Source: Eledone cirrhosa (Eukaryota). From it: a DNA stretch of 64,000 nucleotides. The DNA lies in contig OZ024743.1 in assembly GCA_964016885.1 (NCBI GenBank), positions 231,756,001 to 231,820,000 on the forward strand, written 5' to 3'. The position numbers and the translations under genes were made by a program. Of the stretch, positions 12,640 to 26,268 are shown piece after piece; position 1 is the stretch's first letter; every line of letters begins with the position of its first letter. A model generated the notes under the pieces. It had not been told where the DNA came from. It saw only the letters and a program-made list of their open reading frames with translations, and did no database searches.

Positions 12640-13310
12640 TATACTTGGAGAGGGTCATATTTGTGTAATATTGCCAGAATTAATAACAGAACACACTCAC
12701 TGTTTGGTTGGATTTCGCTTCTCGCTTCTGTGTCTTTTATATCGGTAATCTAACTTACTCGGTCCTCAATGTTGCCATTGACTGACCGACGGTCAAATGT
12801 AATACAGATACAATATAGACACAAACACATATATATAGTTTATCATAAATCTTTCGTTGCACATCTGCAACATCGTCAGTGGTGTTATCGTTTCCTCCTG
12901 TTGTATTATATGTCTACGCTATTGAATAAAAATGGCGTAGACAAAAAATGGCGTAAAAAAATGGCGTAAAAAAATGGTGTAGACATATAATACAACAGGA
13001 GGAAACGATAACACCACTGACAATGTTGCAGATGTGCAACGAAAGATTTATGATAAACTATATATATGTGCTTGTGTCTATATTGTATCTGTATTATTTT
13101 TGACCGTCGCTCAGTCAATGGCAACATTGAGGACCGAGTAAGTTAGATTACCGATATAAAAGTCATAGAAGCGAGAAGCGAAAACCAACCAAACAGTGAG
13201 TGCGTTCTGTTATTAATTCTGGCAATATTACACAAATATGACCCTCCCCAAGTATAACAATATTTGTTTCGACACACGATTACATATAAAAAACCTCGCA
13301 AAACTATATA
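12640..13310. mobile_element. fold-back of a Naiad-like PLE (family D) 3' end carrying two HHR cores
   Basis: 12640-12917 is inverted at ~12979-13258 and matches 44637-44907. HHR on the minus strand at 12842-12885 (CTGACGA tgttgca gatg tgcaac GAAA) and on the plus strand at 13011-13053 (CTGACAA variant). Confidence 0.85.
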
Positions 13311-13338
13311 TTTATATATATATATCTATATCTATATC

Positions 13339-13454
<116 letters not shown>

Positions 13455-13492
13455 GTATATATATATATATGTATATGTATATATACATATAC

Positions 13493-13584
<92 letters not shown>

Positions 13585-13622
13585 GTATATATATATATAT
13601 GTATATGTATATATACATATAC

Positions 13623-13674
<52 letters not shown>

Positions 13675-13680
<6 letters not shown>

Positions 13681-13842
13681 GGATTTGAATGGATACAGTT
13701 TAGTTAAAAGGAATTTATTGACACGTGTTTCTATAACAGTTACATAACCTGAAAACAGGGGTTTTCAGGTTATGTAACTGTTATAGAAACACGTGTCAAT
13801 AAATTCCTTTTAACTAAACTGTATCCATTCAAATCCTTCTAT
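13675..13842. repeat. apparently perfect palindrome (~82-bp arms, 4-nt loop) containing the 3' half of an HHR-like motif
   Basis: Arms 13675-13756 and 13761-13842 around aggg; each arm carries GAAAC acgt GTC followed by aataaa. Confidence 0.85.
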
Positions 13843-13949
13843 TTTTCTCCGGATTACTTTTGGAACTACAACTGGAACCGTCGAGCAAACTCTACGTGAG
13901 CTGTCCATCTACTGTGTGTAATATTTATATTACAACACTACGGAAAATA

Positions 13950-14021
<72 letters not shown>

Positions 14022-14026
<5 letters not shown>

Positions 14027-14140
14027 AACGAGTCCTACTCGGGGTCCTACTCGTTCCTATTACCCACTCTACTACCCTAAGTATTGAGTACTTTGGTGCG
14101 TTATGGTCCACCAGGTTCCTTACCACATTTCCTTCGTTAT
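14022..14140 (+). mobile_element. 3'-end fragment of family G; also at 30525-30695, 39409-39790, 44260-44612, 63553-64000
   Basis: Shared cctattacccactctactaccctaagtatcgagtac and/or gaccccgacggcagagctcaagccgtttcgacggc; several copies form short hairpins. Confidence 0.7.
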
Positions 14141-14213
14141 ATATATATATATATGTATATGTATATACATATATGTATATGTATATATATATATATATGT
14201 ATATGTATATACA

Positions 14214-14269
<56 letters not shown>

Positions 14270-14510
14270 TAAATTTAGCGAGAATCGCATTTCGGCGGGT
14301 AGAAATTAGCGAAACGCAAATTCCATATTGTGCAGACATGCGCTCCATGGATATGAAGAAGATACCAGAGCTATAAACATAAGTTAAAATGGTCATACAC
14401 GCTGAGACGATAGTTAAGAAGCCATTAACCACCATAGCCAAAAGAGCGAACAAGCTAAACGGGTCAAACAAAATGAGATATGATTGAAATATTTACCCGG
14501 ATCCACGGGT
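14270..14510 (+). pseudogene. possible decayed GIY-YIG C-terminal remnant
   Basis: Broken frame [26 protein letters not shown]...EAINH loosely resembles a PLE endonuclease end; flanked by (TA)n. Confidence 0.3.
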
Positions 14511-14516
14511 ATATAC

Positions 14517-14547
<31 letters not shown>

Positions 14548-14626
14548 GAGAGAGATTTTTATAAATATGTATATATATATATATATATATAGTTAAAAGA
14601 ATAGAGGTGTAACACACAAGTTATTA

Positions 14627-15851
14627 TATATTGGTAAACGGAATAGAAAATGCTGACATATTGTTCACAGTTGAAAAATGGTTCTTCAACTCTTGCCACC
14701 CTAGACACGTTAAAATTAATATTCCCTACAACTTAGCCAAGAGAATCTGTACTATAGTATCCAATAAAAACATCTGCTACTTACGGCTACAAGAACTAAA
14801 GGACACACTCATAAGCAGGGTCTACCCTGCATCACTAATTGTCAATGGAATCCAACGTGCCCTAAAACTCAGTACCCAGGACCTTAGACACCCTAAAGTA
14901 AATCATCCAAAACTAAAAGCTCTTCCATACATTTCCACACACACCCCCCTCAACAATGAGGCCTTTGACACCATCCTCCAGAACATCCCTGTATTGAAAA
15001 AGGACCATAGAATGAACCAAATTCTACGAACACACGATATCATAAAGAGCAAAAGACAATCCAAGTCAATGAAAAACATCTTAACACATGCCAAAATACT
15101 GCCAACACAACAACGAAACCCACAGTAAAAAAATGCGATAGACCCAACTGTGGCATTTGCATAAACCTAATAGAGGGTTCGGAATTCTATTTCAAAGATG
15201 GACAACGTTTTATAGTAAAACACAATTTCACATGGGCATCGGAAAATCTAATATATGTATTAACTTGTTCAGGTTGTCGAGAACAATACATAGGCCAGAC
15301 CAAAAACAGCCTCCGCCAACGCATGACTATCCATAGATCCCAAATTAAAATACGGGAATACAGGAAAATACCACTGAGTGAACACATCGATACCTGTGCC
15401 GCCCAAAATCATCCCAACTTCAGAATCTTTCCCCTCTACAAATTTAAAGATAATGCCACCCACACCCAGCGCATCAGCAAGGAATCTTACTTCATTAACA
15501 AATACGGACCCCGTCTAAACACTTCTCCCTAAGACGAACCCACAACATACACACGTCAACATACATACCTACATCAGCACACATCTCTACCCACATATAA
15601 ACACAATGACACACGTAAACACACATGCTCTATGGTGCAATACAAAAAAATATATGTGCATATATATGTATGTATATATGTATATGTATATATATATGTA
15701 GTGAATATATGTATGTGTGTATATATATATATAGTGAATATCATTTCACACCTTTTATTGTTAAGATTTTTGATGTTCTATTAAGAGAACCGATTTTACT
15801 GAAAAAATCGAATAATGTACACCATTTTACCAGGGGGAAAAAAATAGTGGT

Positions 15852-15888
<37 letters not shown>

Positions 15889-16010
15889 CACAAACACATA
15901 CACACGCGTACATCAACATACAAAGAGACTTATACACACACACACACACACGCACTTCTCCGTATAAGACAAAAGCTGAAAAATATCTTTTGACCTTCGA
16001 ATGACTCTGC

Positions 16011-16055
<45 letters not shown>

Positions 16056-16124
16056 ATCTTAATAGCCATTTGACACACATCGCTGCTGGCCATTGTCGCA
16101 GCATCGAACACCTTACTACTACTA

Positions 16125-16176
<52 letters not shown>

Positions 16177-16695
16177 ACACACACACACACACGCATACAC
16201 ACACACACACACATATTTGTTGTGAAAGAGTCATTTCTCAATCTTGGCGCAAAACCAATTTTTTATCCACATGACCTCTACCGACCAATCAAAATTGTTT
16301 TGACCAAGAATTTTTGCTGGAGCCACTTTTTTAACATTTTAACATAAAAACAGTCTTGGCGCAAAATCAACTTTTTGCATTCACATGACCTCTACCGACC
16401 AATCAAAATTGTTTTGACCACAAGCATTTTTGCAACACAAAAATAACGCTGGAGCCACTTTTTTAACATAAAAACAGGTAGAATTCCCAAAACTAATCAG
16501 ATCAGAGCAAACAGCACAGACACTCTATCTCAAAATTATTTTTGAAAAGCATTTAGAAATGCGCAACCGGTAAAAACTTAAAAACTTAAAACCACAACTG
16601 AATACTAACCCATACAATCACTAATACTCTTTTATTCCTAAATAAACCATTTTTCAAATGTGAACAATTTGTCAGCATTTCTATTCCGTTTACCA

Positions 16696-16700
<5 letters not shown>
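14627..16700 (+). mobile_element. 5'-truncated Penelope-like element (family B) with an inverted copy of its 3' end at the 5' junction
   Basis: RT thumb FNSCHPRHVKINIPYNLAKRICTIVS. Linker and GIY-YIG CDRPNCGIC...NLIYVLTCSGCREQYIGQTKNSLRQRMTIHRSQI...ESYFINKYGPRLN (~15130-15532). 14627-14684 is the reverse complement of 16644-16700. ~112-bp tandem duplication at 16240-16470. Confidence 0.9.
16539..16576 (+). ncRNA. degenerate U3-A8 variant HHR (family B); sister copy with intact GAAA at 34958-34993
   Basis: ttt TTGAAAA gcattt ag aaatgc GCAAC cg GTA aaa; sister reads ctt TTGAAAA tcag aagaa ttgc GAAAC cg GTA aag. Confidence 0.55.
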
Positions 16701-16734
<34 letters not shown>

Positions 16735-17005
16735 TATAAATATGTATGTATGTATATATATATATATTCCTATACACAGACGCATATACTGCCATAGCTA
16801 GTTTTCACTGAGAAACAGACCTGACTGCAATATTTCACGTAATATTTCTATTCTGTTGATGGTCGATGTATTTATCAATATCAGATCGACATCACCATTG
16901 CTTGAGCTTTCTTGTTATCAGCGCGTCATCTATTACAACTAAGTTTTATGTTTCCAAACAAATATGTTTATTTTCACCTACGCGTATTCCAATGTCTTTA
17001 TAAAC

Positions 17006-17064
<59 letters not shown>

Positions 17065-17749
17065 AGAGAGAGAGAGAGAGAGAGAGAGACGGAAAGAGAG
17101 AGAGAGGGGGAAGAGAGAGAGAGAGGAGAGGGAAGGGGGAAGAGAGAGAAGGGGAGAGAGAGAGTTAATATAAAGAATAATGTGCTAGTGCACCGAGATG
17201 CTATGAAATAGTTCATAAAATGATGCAGAGATCCTTAAAAGAGGGAAACATATGTTGCCATCGGTTGTTATGAGGAATTAAATCATATATCTCCTCGATA
17301 CTGGTTAGGCGTATCTAACACGTAAGCTAGGGGACCTAGACAAATCCTGACCGCATTTTTGAATAGATAGTTGAGTAACAGCTTTTAAAGGATTAATGAA
17401 TTCATTTGATTGTCACTATATATATCCTTATAGAAACAATTGTAGGAATATATCACAAATAATGAATAACTACCTTGTTATTCCTTCTGAATTGATTTAA
17501 TTATGCTCTGTGACGTTAATCGTCATCTACCACTATCATAACTCTTCGGATTACTACTGGACTTTGATTCCTATGTATTTTAAACTGTATAGAGAAAATA
17601 AGATTCTCTATTATGGTAGTGAGTACTCATTTTCGTAATCGCCAAACCTAAGCATATATACATATATATATATGTAGTTTATCTATGTTGATCCAGTGGT
17701 CTGTTACACGTCATTCCATCGATTCCTCTGACAGGTATGCACTGCATTT

Positions 17750-17870
17750 AATAATTGTTTCTACTTTAGGCACAAGGCCAGCAAATACCCAGTGCATTAC
17801 TGGTACTTTATTTTATCGACCCCGTAAGGATGAAAGGCAAAGTCAACCTCGGCGGGATTTGAACTCAGAT
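17750..17870 (-). mobile_element. tRNA-derived SINE, truncated
   Basis: Reverse complement of the SINE core and B box. Confidence 0.88.
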
Positions 17871-19159
17871 CTTAAATGCACTTAATAATGCAAGTTCATC
17901 GTAATACCAAAATGATAACGTGTAGATGATTGATCAAAAGCTGTCCATCTATGACTATCCCACCTTTATTCATGTAGTACAGGGCGTTATGAGGCTTCAA
18001 TGCTCAAAACGCTCATCTCCTTTATGGTTTTTATTCATGATTGGAGTGAGATTTATTTAAAATTTCTAACAATATGAGTGTCAGAATACAAGCTCTATTA
18101 GCTGCGACGTTTATTTCTAACATGTCGAGCGACCACAAAGATGTTCCCTTACTGACCCGTGTTGTTAGTGTAAACTTGCTATTACTTCTACAACATTCAT
18201 TTTGTTATTTGTGTTATCTCCTTACTCATTTGTTGTTTATATATTTGTTTTTGTTGTTGCTTCTTTTCCTTATTCCGTCAGCAACACCTGTTTACAGTAC
18301 AAACAAATGTATATACGAAGGACAGTTAAGGAAGAGGAGGTAACCGTGATTTATCTCTAATAAACGCAACTCGAGAACTCTATCTTCAAATGGAAAGAAA
18401 CAATAAAAGATGAGAAGAAACAAAATAAGAAAAAAAAGATATAGACAAGAAGAAATAAAAACAACGCCAACAGAAAAAAAAACCCAAACACAACTGGTAA
18501 AAACATACAAGCACTTAACAAACAATAAACAGCAGAGAGTGGAAAATTGATTAATTGTAAATAGTGTCTGCTGATTCTTCCAATAGATAGTTGGAATTGT
18601 AGGTTCGCAGTGAATGTAGGATTATTGCAACTAAGGCTTTTTTTGGAAACGTTATTTTTTCTACTCATACACATTATGTGTATGTTCCTTTTATATTTTA
18701 TTCTAAATATATTATTTTTAACGCTTTGTTTTACTTTATTATTTGCAGTATCACATTTCCTGGCATAGATTATTTTCTTTTTTTCATCACATACTTATAT
18801 GTATATTTACTTATTTCCGTTTCTCCGTTATACTCTTTAAATTATTTTCTTGCGTTTCAAGTTCCTTATCACCATCGCTTCTTCTTCTTCTTCTTCTTCT
18901 TCTTCATTGTTGTACACGGTTTTCTTATTTCGTAGTAATGTTTACTTAATTTGTTTGTATGCAAAAGATGTTCTTAAAGAAACAAATACTGCTATACTAA
19001 TACTACCACACGATATATATATATATATATATATCCTGAATCAAATGGTAGAAATAAAATTACACACATGCACACGCACACACACATACACGCACACACA
19101 TACACAAGCCGAAACCACTTGCTGTCGACGTCTGGATTTTACATCTCTTTCCCTCTCCC

Positions 19160-19202
<43 letters not shown>

Positions 19203-19302
19203 CACGGTGTATTAAAACAATGTATACACACTTCAACAGCATTCTAATTAATATTCCCTATAAGGTAATTATAATGTGTATCCATTTTGGGGAGATGCTG
19301 TA

Positions 19303-19338
<36 letters not shown>

Positions 19339-19723
19339 CATATATATATATGTATGTATTAAAATAACAGATTAAAGTTTTTAGTATATATATATATATA
19401 TAGATAGATTCGCTTACTATATTTCAATTACATGTTTTCTTGGTCTGTAGAAAAAAATTGTTTAAATTATCACACAGCGTCAGGATCGGACCAGGAATCA
19501 TGTGGTTTTATAGAGAATGTCATAAATACATCGAATGATTGCGCCTCGATAATTATGTCTCACATTTTGGATCATTTAAATTTATATTTTGCACTCACTA
19601 AAAAATAATTATAATGCTTACTTGTTTATCTATTTAAATAATGTACTCGCTATATACATACATCTATTTATGTTTACAAAAACATATACGTACATATGTA
19701 TATATATACCTCAACGACCTACC

Positions 19724-19756
<33 letters not shown>

Positions 19757-19780
19757 ATGCATGTATATATATATATAAAT

Positions 19781-20113
19781 AGTCGGGCTGGACACCCGAT
19801 CGCGCGGTTCAATCTCTGGGAGTGAAGGACCCCTAGCCTTTGTCAGGGCATTCTTCTAGGAGAAGGCAACTCAGGAAACTGGGATAACTCCGATATAAAA
19901 CCTGCGGCTCAGTAGTCACCGATAATGTTAATCTTTTCTTCTTTTCGGGTTATAGCTACTGTCGCTCAGAGAGTGGGATTGGCTCAGTGCACAGTCTTTC
20001 CACATTTTAAAAAATATCTTCACGCACAGGCATTGCACGATAGAATTAATTAATAATTATTAATAATGGTATATCGTGCAATGCCCATACTCGATAACGA
20101 GGGGGCAGCTATA
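19781..20113 (+). mobile_element. short non-autonomous element sharing its 3' end with the RTE LINE at 1-3075
   Basis: tatcgtgcaatgcccatactcgataacgagggggcagc matches the LINE 3' terminus; internal ggagaaggcaactc...aaaacct resembles RTE 5'-UTR motifs; no ORF. Confidence 0.7.
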
Positions 20114-21432
20114 ATATATACTCGCACACAAAGATATTTACATATCTATATCTGTATGCGCACGTGTTTATATATAATCTAATTTTACACATTTTCTAAA
20201 ATATGCTCAACCTCCTAATTTGAATCGTCCTCAGATCCTACAGTACCAGACACACGTCTATTTTGTGATAAGAAAAATACAATCGTGAAACTTCTAGTCA
20301 CTAGACGTTTTAGAAATAGCAGCCACATATCCTTTACAACAGTTCCTATTCTCTTTAAAAAAATGTTACGTGTCAGATAAGGCTCTATGTATACTATCAG
20401 AAACAAATTTTGTACACATATCGGAATGGTCATGGTTGGAATTCGTTTGATTAAGTGGTTGCTTACACTGATACTGAACATAAATACAACATTATTATTA
20501 ACGGCAGTAACAAAGATAATATTATTACACAATGGTAATATTTTGTCACACAATGTGTAAATATATACTTACGTAGGAATTTCGCCAGATTCAAACATAA
20601 TTTCTATCAGCCGACAATAAATATTAAAACAATATCGATGTACCTAGCAATTCTACGGAGCTGGTCATGGAAAGTGTTAAAAGGATTTCTTTAACGGCAG
20701 ATATATCTTGTGTGACTCATTGTCTGGATTGGTCTCTGCTTGTGTTCGACTAGTATTGTTCAATGAAGCAGATTATTGACTAAACAGTGCTATCGGAGCA
20801 ATGAGAGAAACATTAACGTCTTCTCTCGAATGATATTTAATACATTGTTTGAGGTGTTATAATACACATAATCGATTAATTGATCCAATAAGAAGGCTAC
20901 GGTTGGTTGCAAGAAGAAGAGTATATATTTGAGTGATGTGATGGTGGGAGAAAAGATGATGATTACGCAGGGTATATAAATGTGAAACTGCACTGTCGGC
21001 GTCGCATGGCAACACCCTTATTATTATGTTTCATTATGGGAAGTGGGGCCACGTTTAAGTGCCTGACACAATCATTTTTACTTCTGCACAACCTAGCACA
21101 GAGATTCATCTGTGTTTGATGGATAACAAGGTTAATCATAGCGAATACATGGACACGTGTGCGCGTTAGATGTCCGTCGCTTCAGAGGACGAATGTTCCA
21201 ATTATCCACCTTATGAAATTAACGTCCAAGCAGCTAAGCATTCCAAAGACACGCATATTCTTAACGTAGCATTCAGTAAGATTTAATGTAAAGTAGTGTG
21301 TGACAAGTGCAATTAATGTTTGTCATGTGAGTGGACCAATGCCATTGTACTCACTAACTTAGGGTAGTGACTACAATGGCATTGTACACATATATTCATA
21401 ATACTTTATATTGTACACATACAATAGAATTT

Positions 21433-21843
21433 TAGTCTACGACTTCTGCTATACCATTTACGTGGTTTTGTCTTTGCGTGCTATTGTTCTCCACGATCCA
21501 CATATGACTTATTATCTTCGTTTTTTCGTTCATTGCCAGAGAACGTCTCTATGCACCACCTAAGAGAACATTAGTCTACGACTTCTTTTTACCATAAACG
21601 TGGTTCTGTCTTTGCGCGTAATTGTTTTTCACCGCTCCTATTAATGACGTATTATTCGTTTTTTCCCGTTCTTTGCCAGCGAACGTTACCACGAACCAAA
21701 GTATCGTCTTCCTGTCTTCCTCCGGTTGCAACGTTTTTTGAAATATCCAGTTCTGCGTTTACAGATTGACTTTGTTAGTTTCAGAAGATCCCGTTAAGGG
21801 TGAAAGCAGCGATTCTTTGCTTAAACTTTAATCTGTTATTTTA

Positions 21844-21850
<7 letters not shown>
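21433..21850 (+). repeat. ~139-bp diverged tandem duplication followed by a PLE-type 3' end
   Basis: tagtctacgacttct...gtctttgcg at ~21433 and ~21572; ends in the 8030-type family before (TA)n. Confidence 0.6.
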
Positions 21851-21903
<53 letters not shown>

Positions 21904-23144
21904 TTGAATTCAAATGGTTATATGTCATTGGTTGGCGTGTTTATTGCAGAATGTATCATGTAATTATGTCGTCTATGGGTTAGCATCAACTCCATTACTA
22001 AGTCGTCTGCTTTATAGATTCACTTCCCAAATTTTCTTTTTTAATTTGTTATCATTCGTACGCTATTTCAGTATGACTTCATTTCATTATTATATATAAT
22101 AAATAAATGATTGGATGTATGTATGTGAGTGTGTGCCTGTGTGTGTATGTGTGTGTGTATGTGTGCGAGTATCTGTATGTGTGTATGTATGTGTGTACAT
22201 GATTGTGTTTGTATGTGTGTGTGCGTGCTTGTATATGTGTATATATGTATATATATATATGTGTGAGTGTGTATGTGTATGTGTGTGTATGTATGTGTGT
22301 GTGTGTGTGTACATGTGTGAGTGTGTGTTTATGATGGTATATATATCATTTGATTGATTGATTGCTTGTTTTCAGTGTGATGGGTTATTTTCTTTCCGAT
22401 CCGAATGTAAGAGGTAGGATGTTGTTAGCTATTTTATAATTTTGACGGTTTATTTGCTTCATAAATATTATTTATGTATTTACTTCGTTCTATATTACAT
22501 TTAAATATAGAAACAGATTTTCTCTTCAACGTTTGTTCGGAAATTGTGATTTCGTTAGATATTATACATAGTAGGTAAGCAATGATAACAATTGCCATAA
22601 TATTAATTGTATAAAAATTAAATGTCTATATATACCTACATATAAATTTCATTTTGATACTCTTAATATTATGGCAATTGTTATCAAATATATATGTGGG
22701 GCAGTGTATGTATGTATGTATGTATGTGTGTATGCGCGTGTGTGTGTGTTTATATGTGTGCGTATGTGTGTGCGCATGTGGGCATGTGTGTGTTTGTGTA
22801 TGTAAGTACATGTATCCGGTTAAAATTTCGTACGTATATTCTTTCACATAAAGGCACTATGTGTTTAGATATTCTGTCCTGTGTACGCACACACACACGT
22901 ACATAAACACAGACACACACACGCATATAATCCACACACATATATAGAGATGTGTTTGTGTTTATGTCCGTATGCACAGGAGAGAATATCTAAACACATA
23001 GTGCATATGTGCGAAAGAATATACGTATGAAAATTTAAATGGTTACATGTACTTACACACACACACATGCTCATATGCACACATACAGACATACACACAT
23101 ATAAATATACACATACACACACATATATATATATATATATATAT

Positions 23145-24460
23145 GGTGAAGGTTACACTTAGGTGTGGATATCACCTTCCTCTGTTACCCTGAGTTGGAA
23201 TCCAACTCAGGGTAACAGAGGAAGGCGACATCCACACCTGCTTCTATAAAGAAAAAGCCGCCAGCAGGGACCTGTTCGTACATTTCAGATCAGCCCTCCC
23301 AGTCAGCGCTTAGTTCGGATACATAAGGAACGAACTAACACATATCCAGAACAAATGCACCGACGCAAGAGGCCGGGACACACACACCACACATTTCCTG
23401 GAAGTATTTAAACTGAACGGATAGCCGACGTCCACCGCGAACCGTGCCAGAAACAACAGAGGACACCACACACGAGGCAATAACCACTGCTTCCTGAAGC
23501 TCCCACACTTCACTGACGAAACAACAACAGCCATCCGCAGAGCTATCAGACGAGAGGGACTAGATATTCAGCTAGCCCAATCAGGACCTTCTCTACGCGG
23601 ACAGCTAACCAAAAGACACTCCACCAAACATGCTAGCCGCTGCAGGCTAGCCAACTGCCCCATCGACGACACAGACCTATGCCACCAGGCTTACGTCGTA
23701 TACAGATTAGAGTGCGACAAATTCAGCAATTTCTACATTGGTAGCACCACCAGATCACTTCATATTAGAATAAAAAAACACCTCAACACTAACGCTTCCT
23801 CATTTAAGAAACACCTAGTGAAAAGCAAAAACACCGACAAAAACATAATAGTTAGGATAGAAGCTAAGGAAAGAAACCTCGGCAATCTTAGAATTAAAAA
23901 AGCACTGATTATAGACAAAACACAACCACTAATCAATAACAGACCAGAACTCAACATCCAATTTTTAACATGATAGAGCATCTAGCCCCACACTTACACC
24001 TCCACCTACCATCTCTCATCAGACACACACGCACACACACACACGCTTACACCTATACTTATTTTCTCTCACACACACACATACACACACACATATACCA
24101 GTTTTAACATGATAGAGCATCTAGCCCCCAAATTTACATGTAGACATGTCCTCTCACACTCACACGCAGACACACACACACGCACACACACACATGCATG
24201 CTTGCATCTTCACGTATTCGCCCACACACACTCAGACATACATGTCCAAACCCTTTTTAAAGGGAGACAACCCTTTATCAACCTAACCTTCTCTCTTTGA
24301 TATTAGAAAGAAAATGGAATTTCTTTACTATTTCCTGTCAGCATGACTTGACAAGCTAATTACAACACTGGATTAACCCCTTTACTTCCCTCCGAAGAAG
24401 AGATATTATCTCGAAAATTAAGGATATTCAAATAAATTTAAGGTAAAAGACTAATTGTCA
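23145..24460 (+). mobile_element. 5'-truncated Penelope-like element (family C), decayed
   Basis: Peptides DLFVHFRSALP, FLKLPHFTDE, CRLANCPI, VVYRLECDK..FYIGSTTRSLHIRIKKH, ALIIDKTQPLINNRPE. 5' hairpin at 23161-23239. HHR-like ccct CCGAAGA agagat att atctc GAAA at TA agga at 24388-24424. Confidence 0.85.
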
Positions 24461-25261
24461 GCGATATCTTTTGCAAATGTATTTATATTCTATATCCATA
24501 CCTTCATTGTTCTGGCCTTCTAACTCCAAACGTTTATACTTAACTACGCAATGCTTCAGGTAAACTACAATTTCCTCCTTTATATATATATATTTTTTTT
24601 TTTCTAGCAAATACGTTATTCGCTCAGTGTCAACCTTACTACCCCTCTGTGAACACTGTATCATGTGTTTAATTTCTCCCTCTACCTCTCGAGAAATTCT
24701 CGCTTGCTATGAAAGAAACAGTCCTTTTTTCCCCACCGTATTACGTGTTAATTCCTCTCTCCACCTCTCGAGATGTTCTCACTTGCTATGGACGCTTCAA
24801 GCAACAGTCCTTTGTTCTGAGGGGTCTCTTGAAAAGCCGCATCAACCTCACAGAGATGATGCATTTTTATAGTGCAGACATCGTTACACACGGATCTGCG
24901 AATTTACAGTCGGGACTTTGAAGAAAAAATAGGTATATATATATACTGGTTATAATTTTGTATTGGCGATCGAGTAGCGTGAAAACAAGCGAATAGCGAT
25001 CGCTAGACCTACCAGTTCAGAGAAACAATTGTCAGCAATGAGATTAAAAACTTTTTTGCATTGCAAACCATGTCAATCTTCTTTCCTGATTTATTATTAC
25101 TCCAAGTGTTTACAACATAGGAATTACAGCATACTCGCAACATCACTATGAATACGCCTTGTTGAGTCAAACCAAGCCTAGCGTTGATATCATCCACTAC
25201 CCGGAATACAATAACTGGACTACACCTAAGGGGACTGGATATAACTATTATTTGTTACCCC

Positions 25262-25336
<75 letters not shown>

Positions 25337-25341
<5 letters not shown>

Positions 25342-26199
25342 ATACTTTCGGAGGGTCATGTTGCCAATAAGAAACACACGTACCAGTTGCTTTCACTTCA
25401 ATTTATTATAATAAATTTATAAATTTAGGAATAAATTCATAAATTTCCGGTTGGTTGGTTGGTTCCACAGCCAGATGATTGTTTATATATTGTCAAAGTT
25501 CTTTCGTCACACATTAGGTGACCTCTTCAGTGACTGGGGATTCTTTTCTTTGTTTTTGTGCCTCTCCTTTGTTCTGCTAAAATAGAACATAAGGATAAAT
25601 TAGAGAACATAAAAATAAAAATAGAATCTACACACAGAAAAGACGCAATGTTTAGACAAATCACAGAGGCCAAAACATAAATGAACTCCAACCAAATTTA
25701 AATAGAAAACATGAATGGAACAGCAACATCACAACTTACAATTAACGACAAAATGAAAACACACACGCACATAGAACAACCAACCAACCCGTAACATGTA
25801 AATAAACAAATAAATAAACAAATATAAACACACACAGACACCCGGATGTAACACATGCGCAAACTAAGCACACAACCCACACAAAAACAAGATGGCGTAG
25901 GACAGAACAAAGGAGAGGCACTAAAACAAAGAAAATAATCCCCAGTCACTGAAGAGGTCACAGAATGTGTGACGAAAGAACTTTGACAATATATAAACAA
26001 TCATCTGGTCGTGGAACTAACCAACCAACCAGAAATTCATAAATTCCTAAATTTATGAATTGTTTATAATAAATTGAAGTGAAAGCAACTGGTGCATGTG
26101 TTTCTTCTTGGCAACATGACCCTCCCAAAGTATAACAATATCGGTTTCAACACACGTTTTCAGATAAAGAATCTTGTTAAACAAATTCAGAAACGAACG

Positions 26200-26203
<4 letters not shown>
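25337..26203 (+). mobile_element. short Naiad-like PLE (family E) 3' fragment with inverted 3' end and two HHRs
   Basis: 25580-25760 matches the reverse complement of 48240-48420; 25337-25577 is inverted at ~25900-26140. Confidence 0.85.
25945..25987 (+). ncRNA. type I HHR (family E); inverted sister at 25492-25534
   Basis: gtca CTGAAGA ggtcac agaatgt gtgac GAAA g aa CTT tgac: 4-bp stem I, 5-bp stem II, minimal stem III. Confidence 0.7.
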
Positions 26204-26268
<65 letters not shown>

